From the IMG/VR virus record IMGVR_UViG_3300028394_000040: 64,000 bases of DNA. One strand, given 5' to 3'. The notes beneath the pieces were generated by a model that saw only the letters and a program-made list of their open reading frames with translations, was not told where the DNA came from and made no database searches. Each line of letters begins with the position of its first letter. Position 1 is the stretch's first letter. Origin of the DNA: a virus. The position numbers and the translations under genes were made by a program. This document shows, piece after piece, positions 8,882 through 19,183 of this stretch.

Positions 8882-9622
8882 CTACAACACTTTGATAGTT
8901 CTTCCTATTTCGAAAAGTAATGGCTTATTAACTATGTCGTAATGCTCATTACAGGAACTAGCGTTAGCATATAGGTTATTACCATCTCCATAGACTCCAT
9001 ATCCTTCGTGAATATGGCCGTATACATGGAGTAAAGGTTTAATTCTGTAATCTAGTTCATCTCGTAAGTCATCACAGCCAACATATTCTTCGGTACTAGG
9101 AATAAAGTCTCCCTTAAAAGAAGGAGGTCCATGAGTTACTACTACATGAGTGCCTTCAGGTATGGTAGCCCATACTTCTCTTATACCATAACCCCTATGC
9201 TTATTGAATGCCCAACGATCTCCATGGAACCATGGTGTTATAGGTGAGCCCCAAATGACTACGTCATCTACAATTATCCAATCGTTCTCTAAGTATTTTA
9301 CACTGAGGTTATCTTGCTCTATCTCTTCAAGTATCTGTCTTAACCAAAACGGTTTATTCTTTCTAGATACCTCCACCTCATCTTCTAAAAAGAATTCTAA
9401 CTCTCCAAAGTTAACATCAAAAGATATATCATGGTTACCTGCTATAAAGACTATGCCATGCTTAAAGTTAGGAGCTATTTCTTTAAACCACTTAAATACA
9501 TCTTCAACTTCATATCTTCTACCGACGCCGGTTAAATCCCCGGCATGTATAAGAAGATCTGCTTCCGGTAAATTTAATTCCCGATGCTTGTTGTGTGTAT
9601 CACTTATGCAACATATTTTCAT
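8882..9622 (-). CDS. metallophosphoesterase (239FB/MPPED-like)
   Basis: ISDTH, HAGD, AGNHD, THGPP and GHIHE motifs. Confidence 0.88.
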   Translation of the reverse strand: MKICCISDTHNKHRELNLPEADLLIHAGDLTGVGRRYEVEDVFKWFKEIAPNFKHGIVFIAGNHDISFDVNFGELEFFLEDEVEVSRKNKPFWLRQILEEIEQDNLSVKYLENDWIIVDDVVIWGSPITPWFHGDRWAFNKHRGYGIREVWATIPEGTHVVVTHGPPSFKGDFIPSTEEYVGCDDLRDELDYRIKPLLHVYGHIHEGYGVYGDGNNLYANASSCNEHYDIVNKPLLFEIGRTIKVL

Positions 9623-9655
9623 AACTACATTATTTTTTTCTACGATTTAATTTTT

Positions 9656-10408
9656 TCAATCTATTTGATTACTTTTTGCCCAATTCTCTAATGCTTTTAA
9701 ATATCCATCACCCATATGGTCTTTTATGTTCTTACCAGAAAATATTGATTTAACATATAACCAAAATGATTTTAGAGATTTATCTCTTTTTAATTCATTT
9801 CCATTGTTATCTAATCTTAACTGATAGTTAACGTGGTAAAATTTAATATAGGGTGTATGAGTTACTAAATCGTTGTTGTGAACTATTCGCAAAGTATCTA
9901 TACTGCTATTATCATAATTTTCCTTAAATACTTTATTACCTACTCTTGGACTTCCTATAGTTGTTGAACTGACATTATAATTAGAATAATGTTTTTTTAT
10001 TGAATAAGCATAAAGCGTTGCTATTGCCCCTCCTAAACTATGTCCAGTTACTACAATGTTGATAGCTTCACCCTGTAAATTTTCTAATGCATTATCAATT
10101 GCGTTATATGTATCTTCTAATACTGATTCCCAAGCGCTTTTAAATCCAATGTGAACTTTTTCACCTTCGTTTATAAACGGTACTTTATCAATTGAAGCAT
10201 CGTTTTGAAAATCCTTCTTTGATTCGCTGCCTCTCCACGTAATATAAATTGTTTTGCCCTTTATCGCAACAAATCCTTGTGTATCTGATTTTTTATTCTC
10301 AATCCACTTTACTAATAATAATCCATACTCTTCCCAATTTATCTGGTCTCTATTTGAGTAAGCTAATACTGCTAATTTTGAATTATATAATGCTTCTTTC
10401 CTTGTCAT
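9656..10408 (-). CDS. class 3 lipase
   Basis: RGS, VHIGF, TGHSLGGA nucleophile elbow, GSPRVGN, DLVTHTP. Confidence 0.9.
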   Translation of the reverse strand: MTRKEALYNSKLAVLAYSNRDQINWEEYGLLLVKWIENKKSDTQGFVAIKGKTIYITWRGSESKKDFQNDASIDKVPFINEGEKVHIGFKSAWESVLEDTYNAIDNALENLQGEAINIVVTGHSLGGAIATLYAYSIKKHYSNYNVSSTTIGSPRVGNKVFKENYDNSSIDTLRIVHNNDLVTHTPYIKFYHVNYQLRLDNNGNELKRDKSLKSFWLYVKSIFSGKNIKDHMGDGYLKALENWAKSNQID

Positions 10409-10593
10409 AATTTTAATTTTTGTAATAAGGATCCATATGGTCTATTACGTACCCTAATCCAACTACTACTTTATTTTGCCCAATAAAGACATCATCATCT
10501 TCATCGTAAGTATATACAATGTAATCTTCGTTTCTTGTTTTCCACTGCTTAGGCATTAATGACGGGAATATAGTATATAATATTTTTTTCATA

Positions 10594-11652
10594 TTATTTA
10601 AAATAGCTTCTCCAGATTTTATTTGTTTTCTTTGTATATGATTTCAATAAGCATTGATTAACATAAACATTAGTACGAGGGTAATTATACGTATTAAGTA
10701 AAGTATCAAATATATCATTTGTATTAGTTTGACGTGTTGTAAACCAATGACTACTCCAAGGTATCTCAGGTGATGCTACTAACGGTATACCTTGTGACAC
10801 CATATCAGCTCCTACAATATTAAATGTTTCGTTAAAGGATACTTGCATTCCTATATCCATTTTAGAACATAATTCTAAAAATTCTTCTCGTGATGCCCAT
10901 TTATGAATTACTAACCTATGTCCTTTACTCTCCAATTGTTCAAATAAAGCAACTAAATTGTTAAATATGGGTTCGCCTTTTTGCTCTAACCTAAAGTTAA
11001 TATGAAAATTAAGCTTCTTATTAATTTTATCAGCTAATCCTACAGCAGCTATTGCCTGTATTAAATGGTTTTTTAATGGACGAACAGCACCAAAGCAAGC
11101 TATCTCAATACTATCTTTTGATTTATTTAACTTTTTAGATTTGTATTCTTGAGGGTAGTAATTAGGTAGGAATATTACTCGCTGTTTTTGCAATTTCTTA
11201 TTCCAGTCATTTTTATGACCTAGGTAAAATTGAATGTCTTTAGTTGTCTGTGGGGAATTACAAGCTACAACTACATTATCGTACTTACTATAGTTACCTA
11301 ACCAGTCCATTGCCATTCCTTCATTAGCTAAAAATGGCACTTCACTATGTAAACGGACTACCCATTTAACATTTGGATGTAACTTAGTTAGTACATCAAA
11401 CTTAGACGGAACTACCCATAGAGCTTCAATAATAACATGTGATGGTTTAAATTCAGTTACTTCCCGATCAATATCATTATTATCAGTTACAATTACCATT
11501 TTAGATTCTATATGATCTTTGTTAAGCATCTCATTCATAAAGAGAGCTGAGTTGTACAGGCCGGTGCTTAATCCTACGTGAGAATATTGTTCGGCTCCAT
11601 AATTTTCGTTGCGTTTTAAAATAAAGAGTACTTTATTTTTGTTGGGTTTCAT
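10594..11652 (-). CDS. GT-B (GT4-like) glycosyltransferase
   Basis: FGAVRPLKN, SFNETFNIVGADMVSQGIP. Confidence 0.75.
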   Translation of the reverse strand: MKPNKNKVLFILKRNENYGAEQYSHVGLSTGLYNSALFMNEMLNKDHIESKMVIVTDNNDIDREVTEFKPSHVIIEALWVVPSKFDVLTKLHPNVKWVVRLHSEVPFLANEGMAMDWLGNYSKYDNVVVACNSPQTTKDIQFYLGHKNDWNKKLQKQRVIFLPNYYPQEYKSKKLNKSKDSIEIACFGAVRPLKNHLIQAIAAVGLADKINKKLNFHINFRLEQKGEPIFNNLVALFEQLESKGHRLVIHKWASREEFLELCSKMDIGMQVSFNETFNIVGADMVSQGIPLVASPEIPWSSHWFTTRQTNTNDIFDTLLNTYNYPRTNVYVNQCLLKSYTKKTNKIWRSYFK

Positions 11653-11712
11653 AAAAGGTTTGAATAGACATTATTATATAAATATCTATATCTGAACTGT
11701 CTTTTATGTTAA

Positions 11713-11904
11713 TTAATTTAATGATGGAGTCTTAATCTTAACTTCAAATTTATCACAAGTATGTTCCCGATGCTCGATAATCTTTGGCGGACTTGATAGT
11801 TTACAGCGAAGTCCTAAACCTAAGCCAACCATCCACATCATTTGTTCGCAATTAAAGCAAATTTTTCTACCTTCGTAAGAAGTAGCTTTTATCTTCTCAT
11901 CCAT
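11713..11904 (-). CDS. small Cys-rich protein
   Basis: CFNC...C...C motif. Confidence 0.45.
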   Translation of the reverse strand: MDEKIKATSYEGRKICFNCEQMMWMVGLGLGLRCKLSSPPKIIEHREHTCDKFEVKIKTPSLN

Positions 11905-11907
11905 AAC

Positions 11908-12132
11908 TTATGATAATAATTTGTCTAAATCGATATTATATTCATTCATCATTTGAATAAATTTCTCTCTGTACTCATATGCTCCTTCATTACCGCCATG
12001 TTTATATTCCGATCGTAAATGCTGGTCATATTTCCACATCATTAGTACTAAATCCAATGACATGATAGCTCTTAAATGTGCTTGTTTATCTTCTGGGTCG
12101 TTTAAATCGAACGTTAGAGTTGCTGTTGCCAT
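11908..12132 (-). CDS. hypothetical phage protein
   Basis: ATLTFDLNDPED N-terminus typical of small phage proteins. Confidence 0.6.
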   Translation of the reverse strand: MATATLTFDLNDPEDKQAHLRAIMSLDLVLMMWKYDQHLRSEYKHGGNEGAYEYREKFIQMMNEYNIDLDKLLS

Positions 12133-12133
12133 A

Positions 12134-12490
12134 TTATCTATCTAGTCTAACTTGCTCTTTGAAATCTTTTTCTACATCATAACTAAAATCTTCTCTTAAC
12201 ATAGCTATTCTAACTATTTTCTTATATGTAGCTGGGTCATAATCCTTAATGTAGCCTAACCCATACTGATAATGAAATATAATACTTTCATATCGTTTTT
12301 CTTTATTTTCCCATCCTTCTCTTTGTATTTCGTGTTCGGTAGTTAATGAGTCTATCACATTTTGTAACGAATCATCTTTACATACTGGAGACGCCGGCAT
12401 AGATTCCGGACTAACTTTTCTATAAGTAGCCGTCCACAAAACTGCTGATAATAAAGTAACTACTGTGATAATAGCGATTATTAGTTTCAT
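12134..12490 (-). CDS. membrane-anchored hypothetical protein
   Basis: N-terminal TM followed by a coiled coil. Confidence 0.5.
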   Translation of the reverse strand: MKLIIAIITVVTLLSAVLWTATYRKVSPESMPASPVCKDDSLQNVIDSLTTEHEIQREGWENKEKRYESIIFHYQYGLGYIKDYDPATYKKIVRIAMLREDFSYDVEKDFKEQVRLDR

Positions 12491-12502
12491 ATTATAATTT
12501 AA

Positions 12503-12928
12503 TTAATTTTCTTCGTACCATTTTTCTACTATAAATTGAAGCTCTAAAATCTCAATTTTAGTATACTCTTTATTAACAAATGCAATTACTTTAAAACCTC
12601 CCGATTCTAGTACAAGAGGTATATCTTCTGTATTGTTATGTTTTTTAGACTTAGCGTATGTAATTGCAGTAAGGAGTTCTTTTTTAGCCTTACGTCTCAA
12701 TTCAACTACAGTTGGTATTTCAGAACCGTTTGTTGTTGCCCATTTCCATTTTAAAGCAGTCATAGCTTTATGAACCTTATTAAAATTAAAATTATTCATA
12801 ATGCTAGTAACTAATTGCTGTTCTGATTTTATAGGTTCTATACTGCTTATAGATGAATTTGCTATAATGCTGTTTTTGAATAATAATTTACCTATTACTA
12901 ATTTTATCTTATTTATTAAAGTTTTCAT
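12503..12928 (-). CDS. hypothetical phage protein
   Basis: FNFNKVHKAMTALKWKW...SGGF motif. Confidence 0.6.
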   Translation of the reverse strand: MKTLINKIKLVIGKLLFKNSIIANSSISSIEPIKSEQQLVTSIMNNFNFNKVHKAMTALKWKWATTNGSEIPTVVELRRKAKKELLTAITYAKSKKHNNTEDIPLVLESGGFKVIAFVNKEYTKIEILELQFIVEKWYEEN

Positions 12929-12964
12929 ACTAATTAGAAAGTTAAATTAATTACCAATTGCTGT

Positions 12965-13369
12965 TTATTTTAATATATCTAAAACCGATAAAAGTCCAAC
13001 ACTTCTCTGATCCTTGAACTGAGCTTCTTCACTGTCTACTAGTTCTCTAAGCTTGGTGTCAAACATTTTATGTAGCTTAACCATAACTTCATGACCTAAT
13101 TCTAAATGATAACTAAAATTATGATTTGTTATTTCTATAACATAACTAGATAAGACGATAAACATGCCCTTGTTTTCTAGCTTAATAATTCGTTTACTTT
13201 CTATGGGTGAATATAGTAACTTAGCAGAAGGATCTTTAACTGCTATTCTGAATATTGAAGATGCGGTACTGATTAATATTTTATCAGCAGAGTATTTGTC
13301 GCTGGTAACTAGCGGTGTTAATGATCGTGAATACCAAACTGCTAATCTTTTTTTATATCTTGATAACAT
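12965..13369 (-). CDS. hypothetical protein
   Basis: ORF downstream of a Bacteroidota-type promoter. Confidence 0.55.
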   Translation of the reverse strand: MLSRYKKRLAVWYSRSLTPLVTSDKYSADKILISTASSIFRIAVKDPSAKLLYSPIESKRIIKLENKGMFIVLSSYVIEITNHNFSYHLELGHEVMVKLHKMFDTKLRELVDSEEAQFKDQRSVGLLSVLDILK

Positions 13370-13421
13370 AACCTTTTATATTTTATAACCTTAATTTAAC
13401 TTTATAATTTTTTAAAACAAA

Positions 13422-14051
13422 CTATATATCTATTCTTATTTCAGCTAATGCTTTTACTGCCTCTACAGGCACTTTATTATTTTCGAAACCATCTGGTCTA
13501 GACTGATTATTTGAAAAAATAAACGCTATAACTCTTTTCTCTTTTTTAATATAAATAATTTTCCAGCAAGAAATAGGGACAGAAACAGTTCCTATCTTCT
13601 TAAGCTCACCAGAAGAGCCGCATATAACTCTTATGGAGTCTTTCTCTAATGCTAAATTACGGGTATACTCTTCTAAAGATTTCCAATCACCTCTGTTAAG
13701 AGACGGATACTGAGCAGTCATATTCGAAAAGTAGAAACTCTCTCTCATACTAACAGGGTCGCAAGCAGCATCAGCAGCATTATAATTATGACCCCTATCG
13801 AATCCTGAACCTGTATAGCTATCTTGAAGATTAGTTCCGGTTACAAATAATGGGTCTTGGATAAATTTATCAGTTCTCGGTACTTTTTTTACACAGCTTA
13901 ACATTTCTTTAGTAAGCCACCATTCTACCTTAACAGGATAGTTCTTGCTTTTACTATAATGAATAGTATATGCTTTATGTGGTAGAACTACTACGTCATT
14001 AAGCTGTACATACTGTAAAATTAAAAAAGTAAGAGAGACAATTAAATTCAT
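13422..14051 (-). CDS. DNA/RNA non-specific endonuclease (NucA/EndA-like)
   Basis: FDRGH active site; ESFYFSNMTAQ...LNRGDWKSLE; signal-like N-terminus. Confidence 0.9.
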   Translation of the reverse strand: MNLIVSLTFLILQYVQLNDVVVLPHKAYTIHYSKSKNYPVKVEWWLTKEMLSCVKKVPRTDKFIQDPLFVTGTNLQDSYTGSGFDRGHNYNAADAACDPVSMRESFYFSNMTAQYPSLNRGDWKSLEEYTRNLALEKDSIRVICGSSGELKKIGTVSVPISCWKIIYIKKEKRVIAFIFSNNQSRPDGFENNKVPVEAVKALAEIRIDI

Positions 14052-14197
14052 TTAGAATATTTTTGCTTCATTGATTCCCAATAAGCTTGTTGTTTGCGAC
14101 CGTTTACAAAGAACCATCCGATATAAATATCGAAAATGTATGTGAGTGTTTCATTCAATTTTAAATTTTTCATAACCATTTATTTTTAAGTGTGATG

Positions 14198-14228
14198 TAA
14201 AGGTATTATAATAAATTTAAAAAGCAAA
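14198..14228 (-). promoter_or_regulatory. Bacteroidota-type housekeeping sigma promoter
   Basis: TTTG-N19-TACCTTTA (consensus TTTG at -33, TAnnTTTG at -7). Confidence 0.6.
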
Positions 14229-14528
14229 CTAAATTCTATTTTTTTCTTGATGTATTAAATCATATACCTCCTTACATTGTTCATATAACTCGTCTCTAGT
14301 ATATGCATCTAAAATTCCCTCTAAAGTAAAAGACCACTGCTCTTTATCTAAAAAGAAATCAAATCTTACTCCAGGTTGATCATTTACTTCAAAAGCAAAT
14401 ACTTTTACTCTTTTATAATTCTTTAATAAACCTTTCCTAATAGCTTTAAGCATGTAGTTACATATTACTGTTTCACCATTACTTATTCTATCTTTAAAGT
14501 CATCAAAAGAATATGCTTGAAATACCAT
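14229..14528 (-). CDS. hypothetical protein (paralog of 15542..15910)
   Basis: shared W..xL...I......E/D.Y/FE.C.E C-terminal motif. Confidence 0.55.
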   Translation of the reverse strand: MVFQAYSFDDFKDRISNGETVICNYMLKAIRKGLLKNYKRVKVFAFEVNDQPGVRFDFFLDKEQWSFTLEGILDAYTRDELYEQCKEVYDLIHQEKNRI

Positions 14529-15176
14529 TTAAAATTTGCTTATAAATTCTGATCCTTCTTCTTTTTCTCTGTCAACTAATCCCAGACTTCTAAAATGTTC
14601 TAGGTAATAATCGTCTAACTCCCATTCTTGCTCCTGTACTCTTAAAGAAGGAGCCCCAAAGTCTTCTATACTCTTCTCTTGTTTCTTCGATAAAAAATCC
14701 CCTATGAACAAGAAATAACAATTATAACATAAAAACTCTAAATTATCTAAAGTCCAGTTAGTCTTGTTACCATCTCTGTAATTTAATAACAAAGGAGCTT
14801 TATGATCTAGAACTCTTGTTTCGTTAAAGCCGCATCTATTGCATTTACATTCAACTATTCCTTCGTAAATTAACCTAGCCTTAAGCTTATCTATGCTGTA
14901 AGATTCTAGATACATACCTTCTTTTAATAGGTCTGTCAATTTCGGCTCTCTACTATCTTCAAAAAATTTCTTTATTCCTTTCCCTGAAGCATTTTTATGT
15001 ACTTCGAAAAGAGTTTTACCTTCTTTAACATCGAAGTATAAACGAGCATAATGCCTATAAGTATAGTACCCAACATTTAATACTCTTGCTGCCGCTCTAT
15101 TACTCAAAGTACGACCCATAGCATATTTAATTTGCTGCTCTGTTAGATTAGCTGCTGTCCTACCTTTCTTCTTCAT
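14529..15176 (-). CDS. HNH-like protein, possibly with an N-terminal HTH
   Basis: CNRC...DGNKTNWTLDNLEFLCYNC. Confidence 0.7.
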   Translation of the reverse strand: MKKKGRTAANLTEQQIKYAMGRTLSNRAAARVLNVGYYTYRHYARLYFDVKEGKTLFEVHKNASGKGIKKFFEDSREPKLTDLLKEGMYLESYSIDKLKARLIYEGIVECKCNRCGFNETRVLDHKAPLLLNYRDGNKTNWTLDNLEFLCYNCYFLFIGDFLSKKQEKSIEDFGAPSLRVQEQEWELDDYYLEHFRSLGLVDREKEEGSEFISKF

Positions 15177-15579
15177 CTAATAGTTTAGGGTTAAGGAAAA
15201 TTAAATAATTCCAGAGGTCTTCTGCGTTTTTAAGTTCAATAGTATTTCCGTCAGCGTCCTCAAATTTACATCCTGTTACTTCTTCGTCAACAGTTCTTTC
15301 ATTTATATAGAACGAAATTATCTCTCCACATTTGTACCCAAAGTGCATTAGTATTAAACCGTCTATGATAGCGTAATATGCATCTTCGAATGTAGACAGG
15401 TCTAGGTTAAGATCTAAAAATGCTAAATTAGACCTATTAGCAACTTTTTCTATATTAGTAACTATAGCTGTAAACAGCTCCTTTCTAGGAATTCGTTTTT
15501 TATTTATAACTACCTTAGTACTATCTACATTTAATATAGAATCAACTGTCTCCTTTATTGGATCTTGTAACCTTGTCAT
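15160..15579 (-). CDS. hypothetical protein
   Basis: 139-aa ORF. Confidence 0.55.
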   Translation of the reverse strand: MTRLQDPIKETVDSILNVDSTKVVINKKRIPRKELFTAIVTNIEKVANRSNLAFLDLNLDLSTFEDAYYAIIDGLILMHFGYKCGEIISFYINERTVDEEVTGCKFEDADGNTIELKNAEDLWNYLIFLNPKLLDEEER

Positions 15580-15910
15580 TTACTTTTTTAGTATTTAATT
15601 TATCTAGTAAAGTCGAAATTTCCATACATATTTCAAAATCATCTGCTTTAATATGAAAATCGATACAACTATTTAACGCTTGTGCCCAATCCTTTTTATC
15701 TATACCGTAAAAAACTTCTTTACCATTTAAACTAAATAGAGTCGCAACTTTCTTTTTAGAGGCATAAGCATCTTTTATCGATCTGAATGTCTCTGCTATA
15801 ACAAATTGTCTTACTTTATCGTCTTCTAGAATAGTTTTTCTAGTATTCTCGTTTATAGGGAATACATTTAAAATAGGGATCTTTCTACTTATTCTAGTTT
15901 GCTTTGCCAT
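15542..15910 (-). CDS. hypothetical protein (paralog of 14229..14528)
   Basis: DWAQALNSCIDFHIKADDFEICME. Confidence 0.55.
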   Translation of the reverse strand: MAKQTRISRKIPILNVFPINENTRKTILEDDKVRQFVIAETFRSIKDAYASKKKVATLFSLNGKEVFYGIDKKDWAQALNSCIDFHIKADDFEICMEISTLLDKLNTKKVNDKVTRSNKGDS

Positions 15911-16230
15911 TACTCTCCTCCTTTAAGAACTTTTTTCATTATAAATTCAGATACAGAACTTAGAGGCATTATAAAGCCTATAACCATAGGATCTTTTACC
16001 TCCGTATCTCTTTCAATTAGTAAATTAAAGTCTGCAAATCTTTTTTGAAGAGCCACTGCTATTTGATCAGCTTGAGTACTTAGTTTACGTATATCTATGT
16101 TCTGATTAGTAGGTTCAAATCGAATCTTAACTCCTCTTTTTGTGGGGTTAATATTTGTATCGAATACAACATTAAATTCTTCTCCTCCTAATGTAGCTTT
16201 GTATAAAGGCTTAGGTACTATTGATGCCAT
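15910..16230 (-). CDS. hypothetical protein
   Basis: ORF preceded by TATTTATA. Confidence 0.55.
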   Translation of the reverse strand: MASIVPKPLYKATLGGEEFNVVFDTNINPTKRGVKIRFEPTNQNIDIRKLSTQADQIAVALQKRFADFNLLIERDTEVKDPMVIGFIMPLSSVSEFIMKKVLKGGE

Positions 16231-16252
16231 GTCTGTCTTTTTATATAAATAG

Positions 16253-17434
16253 TTACAAGTTAATCAATTCATGCTCATATGTATCTAAAGCATAAATATT
16301 GATTTTAAAAATACCAACTTCGAATGTACCTATTTCCCCGGACTCTGCTAATATCTCAGGTAACTGAGTTATAATGTTAAAGCCTGACTGATCTAACTTA
16401 GCAGCATCAAATTCTACAACTATCTGATTATTAGGTTGGCTGTATTTGGTAACCTTAAGTTTGTTTTTGAGATTAAACTTAGTGTTTGGTTGCTCTAATC
16501 CACAATATTCAGCTTCTAGTACTCCCATTTCATCATCAGAGTATAAAGTACTACACCATGGTTCAAGTAATGTCATGGATTGCAAAGTAATATTCTTAAT
16601 TACAAAACCTATGTCATATTTATGAGGTACAATAGGCATTAAAAACTCATCATGCTTAACAAAATGTCCCCATTTACGAATAAAGTTTCTAGTAGACCTA
16701 GCATTTTGTTTTTCCCACTCATCAGAATTCTTACCAGGAGTAGTTAATGTAGGATTAAACCTACTTCCTCTACAAGTCATATGATAGATAGCAGCATCCC
16801 ATACCTGAACGAATGAATAACCTGCTAACAAGAAACGATTAAAGATATCACTATCCTCTTTTGATTGAGGAGCATATAATGGGTCGTGACCACCTATTGC
16901 TTGGAAGTCTTCTTTTAACAAAAACCAAGGAGCAAAGATACCTTCGGTAGTCTTATGTTCTACTCCAGGTTGATATTCTTCATACCATTTTAAAAACTCT
17001 TCTTCAGGAAAGTCTTCTGGTTCTGTTTTAAAATCCATTAATACTTTCTCTGGTCCAGGAGGATGTAAAGGTGGCTCTATACGAGTTAATGATACTATAT
17101 GTTTAGATCTTACTGTATCAACAATCTTCTCGACAGTACGAGGAGTCATATACATATCAGCATGGAAGATCCCTACTATGTCATTAGTAGCTACTTCGTT
17201 GATTAATGTATCGTATAAGATAGTATGACCTAAACGAGTAGGACCTTCATTACGAATAGCTTTGAAGTAAGGATCTACTTCCATCCTCTCTTTACACCAT
17301 TCCCAAGTACCGTCATTACTAAAATCATCTGCTACACAATACTCTACAGAAGCAGGAGCATTCTTCCTTACAGAAGCATAAGCCCATTTAAGGTACTTTA
17401 GATTATTTCTACTCGGCGATATTAAACTTATCAT
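16253..17434 (-). CDS. GT2 glycosyltransferase
   Basis: DDFSNDGT, HADM (DxD-like), GGHD...EDSD. Confidence 0.85.
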   Translation of the reverse strand: MISLISPSRNNLKYLKWAYASVRKNAPASVEYCVADDFSNDGTWEWCKERMEVDPYFKAIRNEGPTRLGHTILYDTLINEVATNDIVGIFHADMYMTPRTVEKIVDTVRSKHIVSLTRIEPPLHPPGPEKVLMDFKTEPEDFPEEEFLKWYEEYQPGVEHKTTEGIFAPWFLLKEDFQAIGGHDPLYAPQSKEDSDIFNRFLLAGYSFVQVWDAAIYHMTCRGSRFNPTLTTPGKNSDEWEKQNARSTRNFIRKWGHFVKHDEFLMPIVPHKYDIGFVIKNITLQSMTLLEPWCSTLYSDDEMGVLEAEYCGLEQPNTKFNLKNKLKVTKYSQPNNQIVVEFDAAKLDQSGFNIITQLPEILAESGEIGTFEVGIFKINIYALDTYEHELINL

Positions 17435-18362
17435 AAAAATGTATTTTAAAACTCTCTTCGTTGTAAATGTTATTATAATTTGTTTTAGCTATTTCAGATT
17501 GGTCTTTATAAAAATCTTCATCAGTAACTAGCATTTGCATTCTACTCTTAGCTGCTTCTATGTCTCCCATCTCTACTGTTAAGTTAGGGTGTAAAACTTC
17601 TTGAGTATCTAAACCATAATAGCCAATATTAGGTATGCCTAAATATGCGCAATTAAGAGCGAAAGTACCAGCAGCTTGTGTAGGCATTAAATGAATAGCA
17701 TATTTAAATTTACTCAGTTCATAAATCCAATTTGTCCAATTAGTATAAGGAATATGAATAACTAACTGCTCTTCTCCTGGCTGTCTTCTTCCCATTGAGG
17801 TAGCATACACAGTAGGGAAGTACTGACTAGCAACTATAAAAGAGTCAAACCCTCCGTACCACTTAACAAAGTTTCCTCCAATTATAACTCCATCTCTTTT
17901 TTCACTAGGTATTAATTTAGAACTGTCTAAGGATGCTTCTATCATTGTCGATTTTAAAATACGAACATCACTATGATTAGTTAACCCTCTTAAATATTTC
18001 ATATCTTGATAGTTATGAGCAAATAAAATATCTACAGAGCATAACGTATTGTAGAACCAAACCTGTTGGTCTAAAGGATAGTCTTGGAAAAACCAGCTAG
18101 GTCCTTCCTGCATAATAGCTACCTTCTTACATATCGTACTTATCTTCTCTAAAGAATTCTTTGACATACAATATTCTATATTCTTCTTAGGAATAATCCA
18201 AATACCTAAATCGAACTTAGGTAAATCCTTTGGCCATTCTTGCATTAAAGGCAAATGAAAAGCTTCTAAAGCTATTTGCCAAGCCAGGTCTACTCTAGAA
18301 TTATCGAACTCACGAGTAATTTTTCCGATATAGTTACCTTCTGTAAAAAATGCTATATTCAT
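17409..18362 (-). CDS. GT-B glycosyltransferase-like protein
   Basis: AAGTFALNCAYLGIPNIG; lies in the GT cluster. Confidence 0.65.
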   Translation of the reverse strand: MNIAFFTEGNYIGKITREFDNSRVDLAWQIALEAFHLPLMQEWPKDLPKFDLGIWIIPKKNIEYCMSKNSLEKISTICKKVAIMQEGPSWFFQDYPLDQQVWFYNTLCSVDILFAHNYQDMKYLRGLTNHSDVRILKSTMIEASLDSSKLIPSEKRDGVIIGGNFVKWYGGFDSFIVASQYFPTVYATSMGRRQPGEEQLVIHIPYTNWTNWIYELSKFKYAIHLMPTQAAGTFALNCAYLGIPNIGYYGLDTQEVLHPNLTVEMGDIEAAKSRMQMLVTDEDFYKDQSEIAKTNYNNIYNEESFKIHFYDKFNIAE

Positions 18363-19183
18363 TCTTTGTTAATTAGTTCCCAGTAATAGTCAAAATCTAA
18401 ATTACGTTGATTAAATGAGCCCCACATACTATGATAAAAAGCTTCTGTTAGTAATCGTGGATTAAAATCTTTCCAATCATCTATTATAAGCAACGGAAAA
18501 TACTTAGCTAGTTGTGTGGTTACATAACTCTTTGTTACTACCGGAATTGCATTCATGTATAAGGCCTCCCATGTACGATGGCAATCTATACCGTTACCAT
18601 TCGGGGATAAAACAAAACAGGAGCTTTGAAGCTTTTTAAGATATGTTGTCTGGGTAGAGAAGTAATTGGCTGTAGTAGATGTATCTAAATAGAAATCATT
18701 TTCTATCCCGAAGTTCTTAGCTACATCTATACATTTATTTCTTTCTAAAGGATTACTACCTGGATGTACATTTAAGTAATGTAATATAGTCTTGTGTCCT
18801 GGGTTAGCTCTTAATTCGTCGAATAGAGGCCATTTACAAAAGCGTTGATTTTCTATACCAATAGGAATAGGTATAACACCTTCGAAGTTACCATTTTGTG
18901 AAAACCATTTTGTACAGTCAGCTATAGGAGCAATAACTTCGTTATCACTGTTATGAGTAATTAAAGTTCTCCCTTCAGTATAATCTAATCCTGCTACATT
19001 AACTAAATGAGTAGCAGCGAAAAAGATTCCGTTATCTCCTCTTTCATAAAACATAATATCATTATGTTCTAACCTACCTACTAACTCTTGAGGTAGATCT
19101 AATTTACCATCTATACCTCTATAAACGAAATCTAGAACTGTACCTGCTTTATCTCTAAAAGAATCACCACAAATGTACTTCAT
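18359..19183 (-). CDS. exostosin/GT47-like glycosyltransferase
   Basis: FVLSPNGNGIDCHRTWEALYMNAIPVV. Confidence 0.8.
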   Translation of the reverse strand: MKYICGDSFRDKAGTVLDFVYRGIDGKLDLPQELVGRLEHNDIMFYERGDNGIFFAATHLVNVAGLDYTEGRTLITHNSDNEVIAPIADCTKWFSQNGNFEGVIPIPIGIENQRFCKWPLFDELRANPGHKTILHYLNVHPGSNPLERNKCIDVAKNFGIENDFYLDTSTTANYFSTQTTYLKKLQSSCFVLSPNGNGIDCHRTWEALYMNAIPVVTKSYVTTQLAKYFPLLIIDDWKDFNPRLLTEAFYHSMWGSFNQRNLDFDYYWELINKE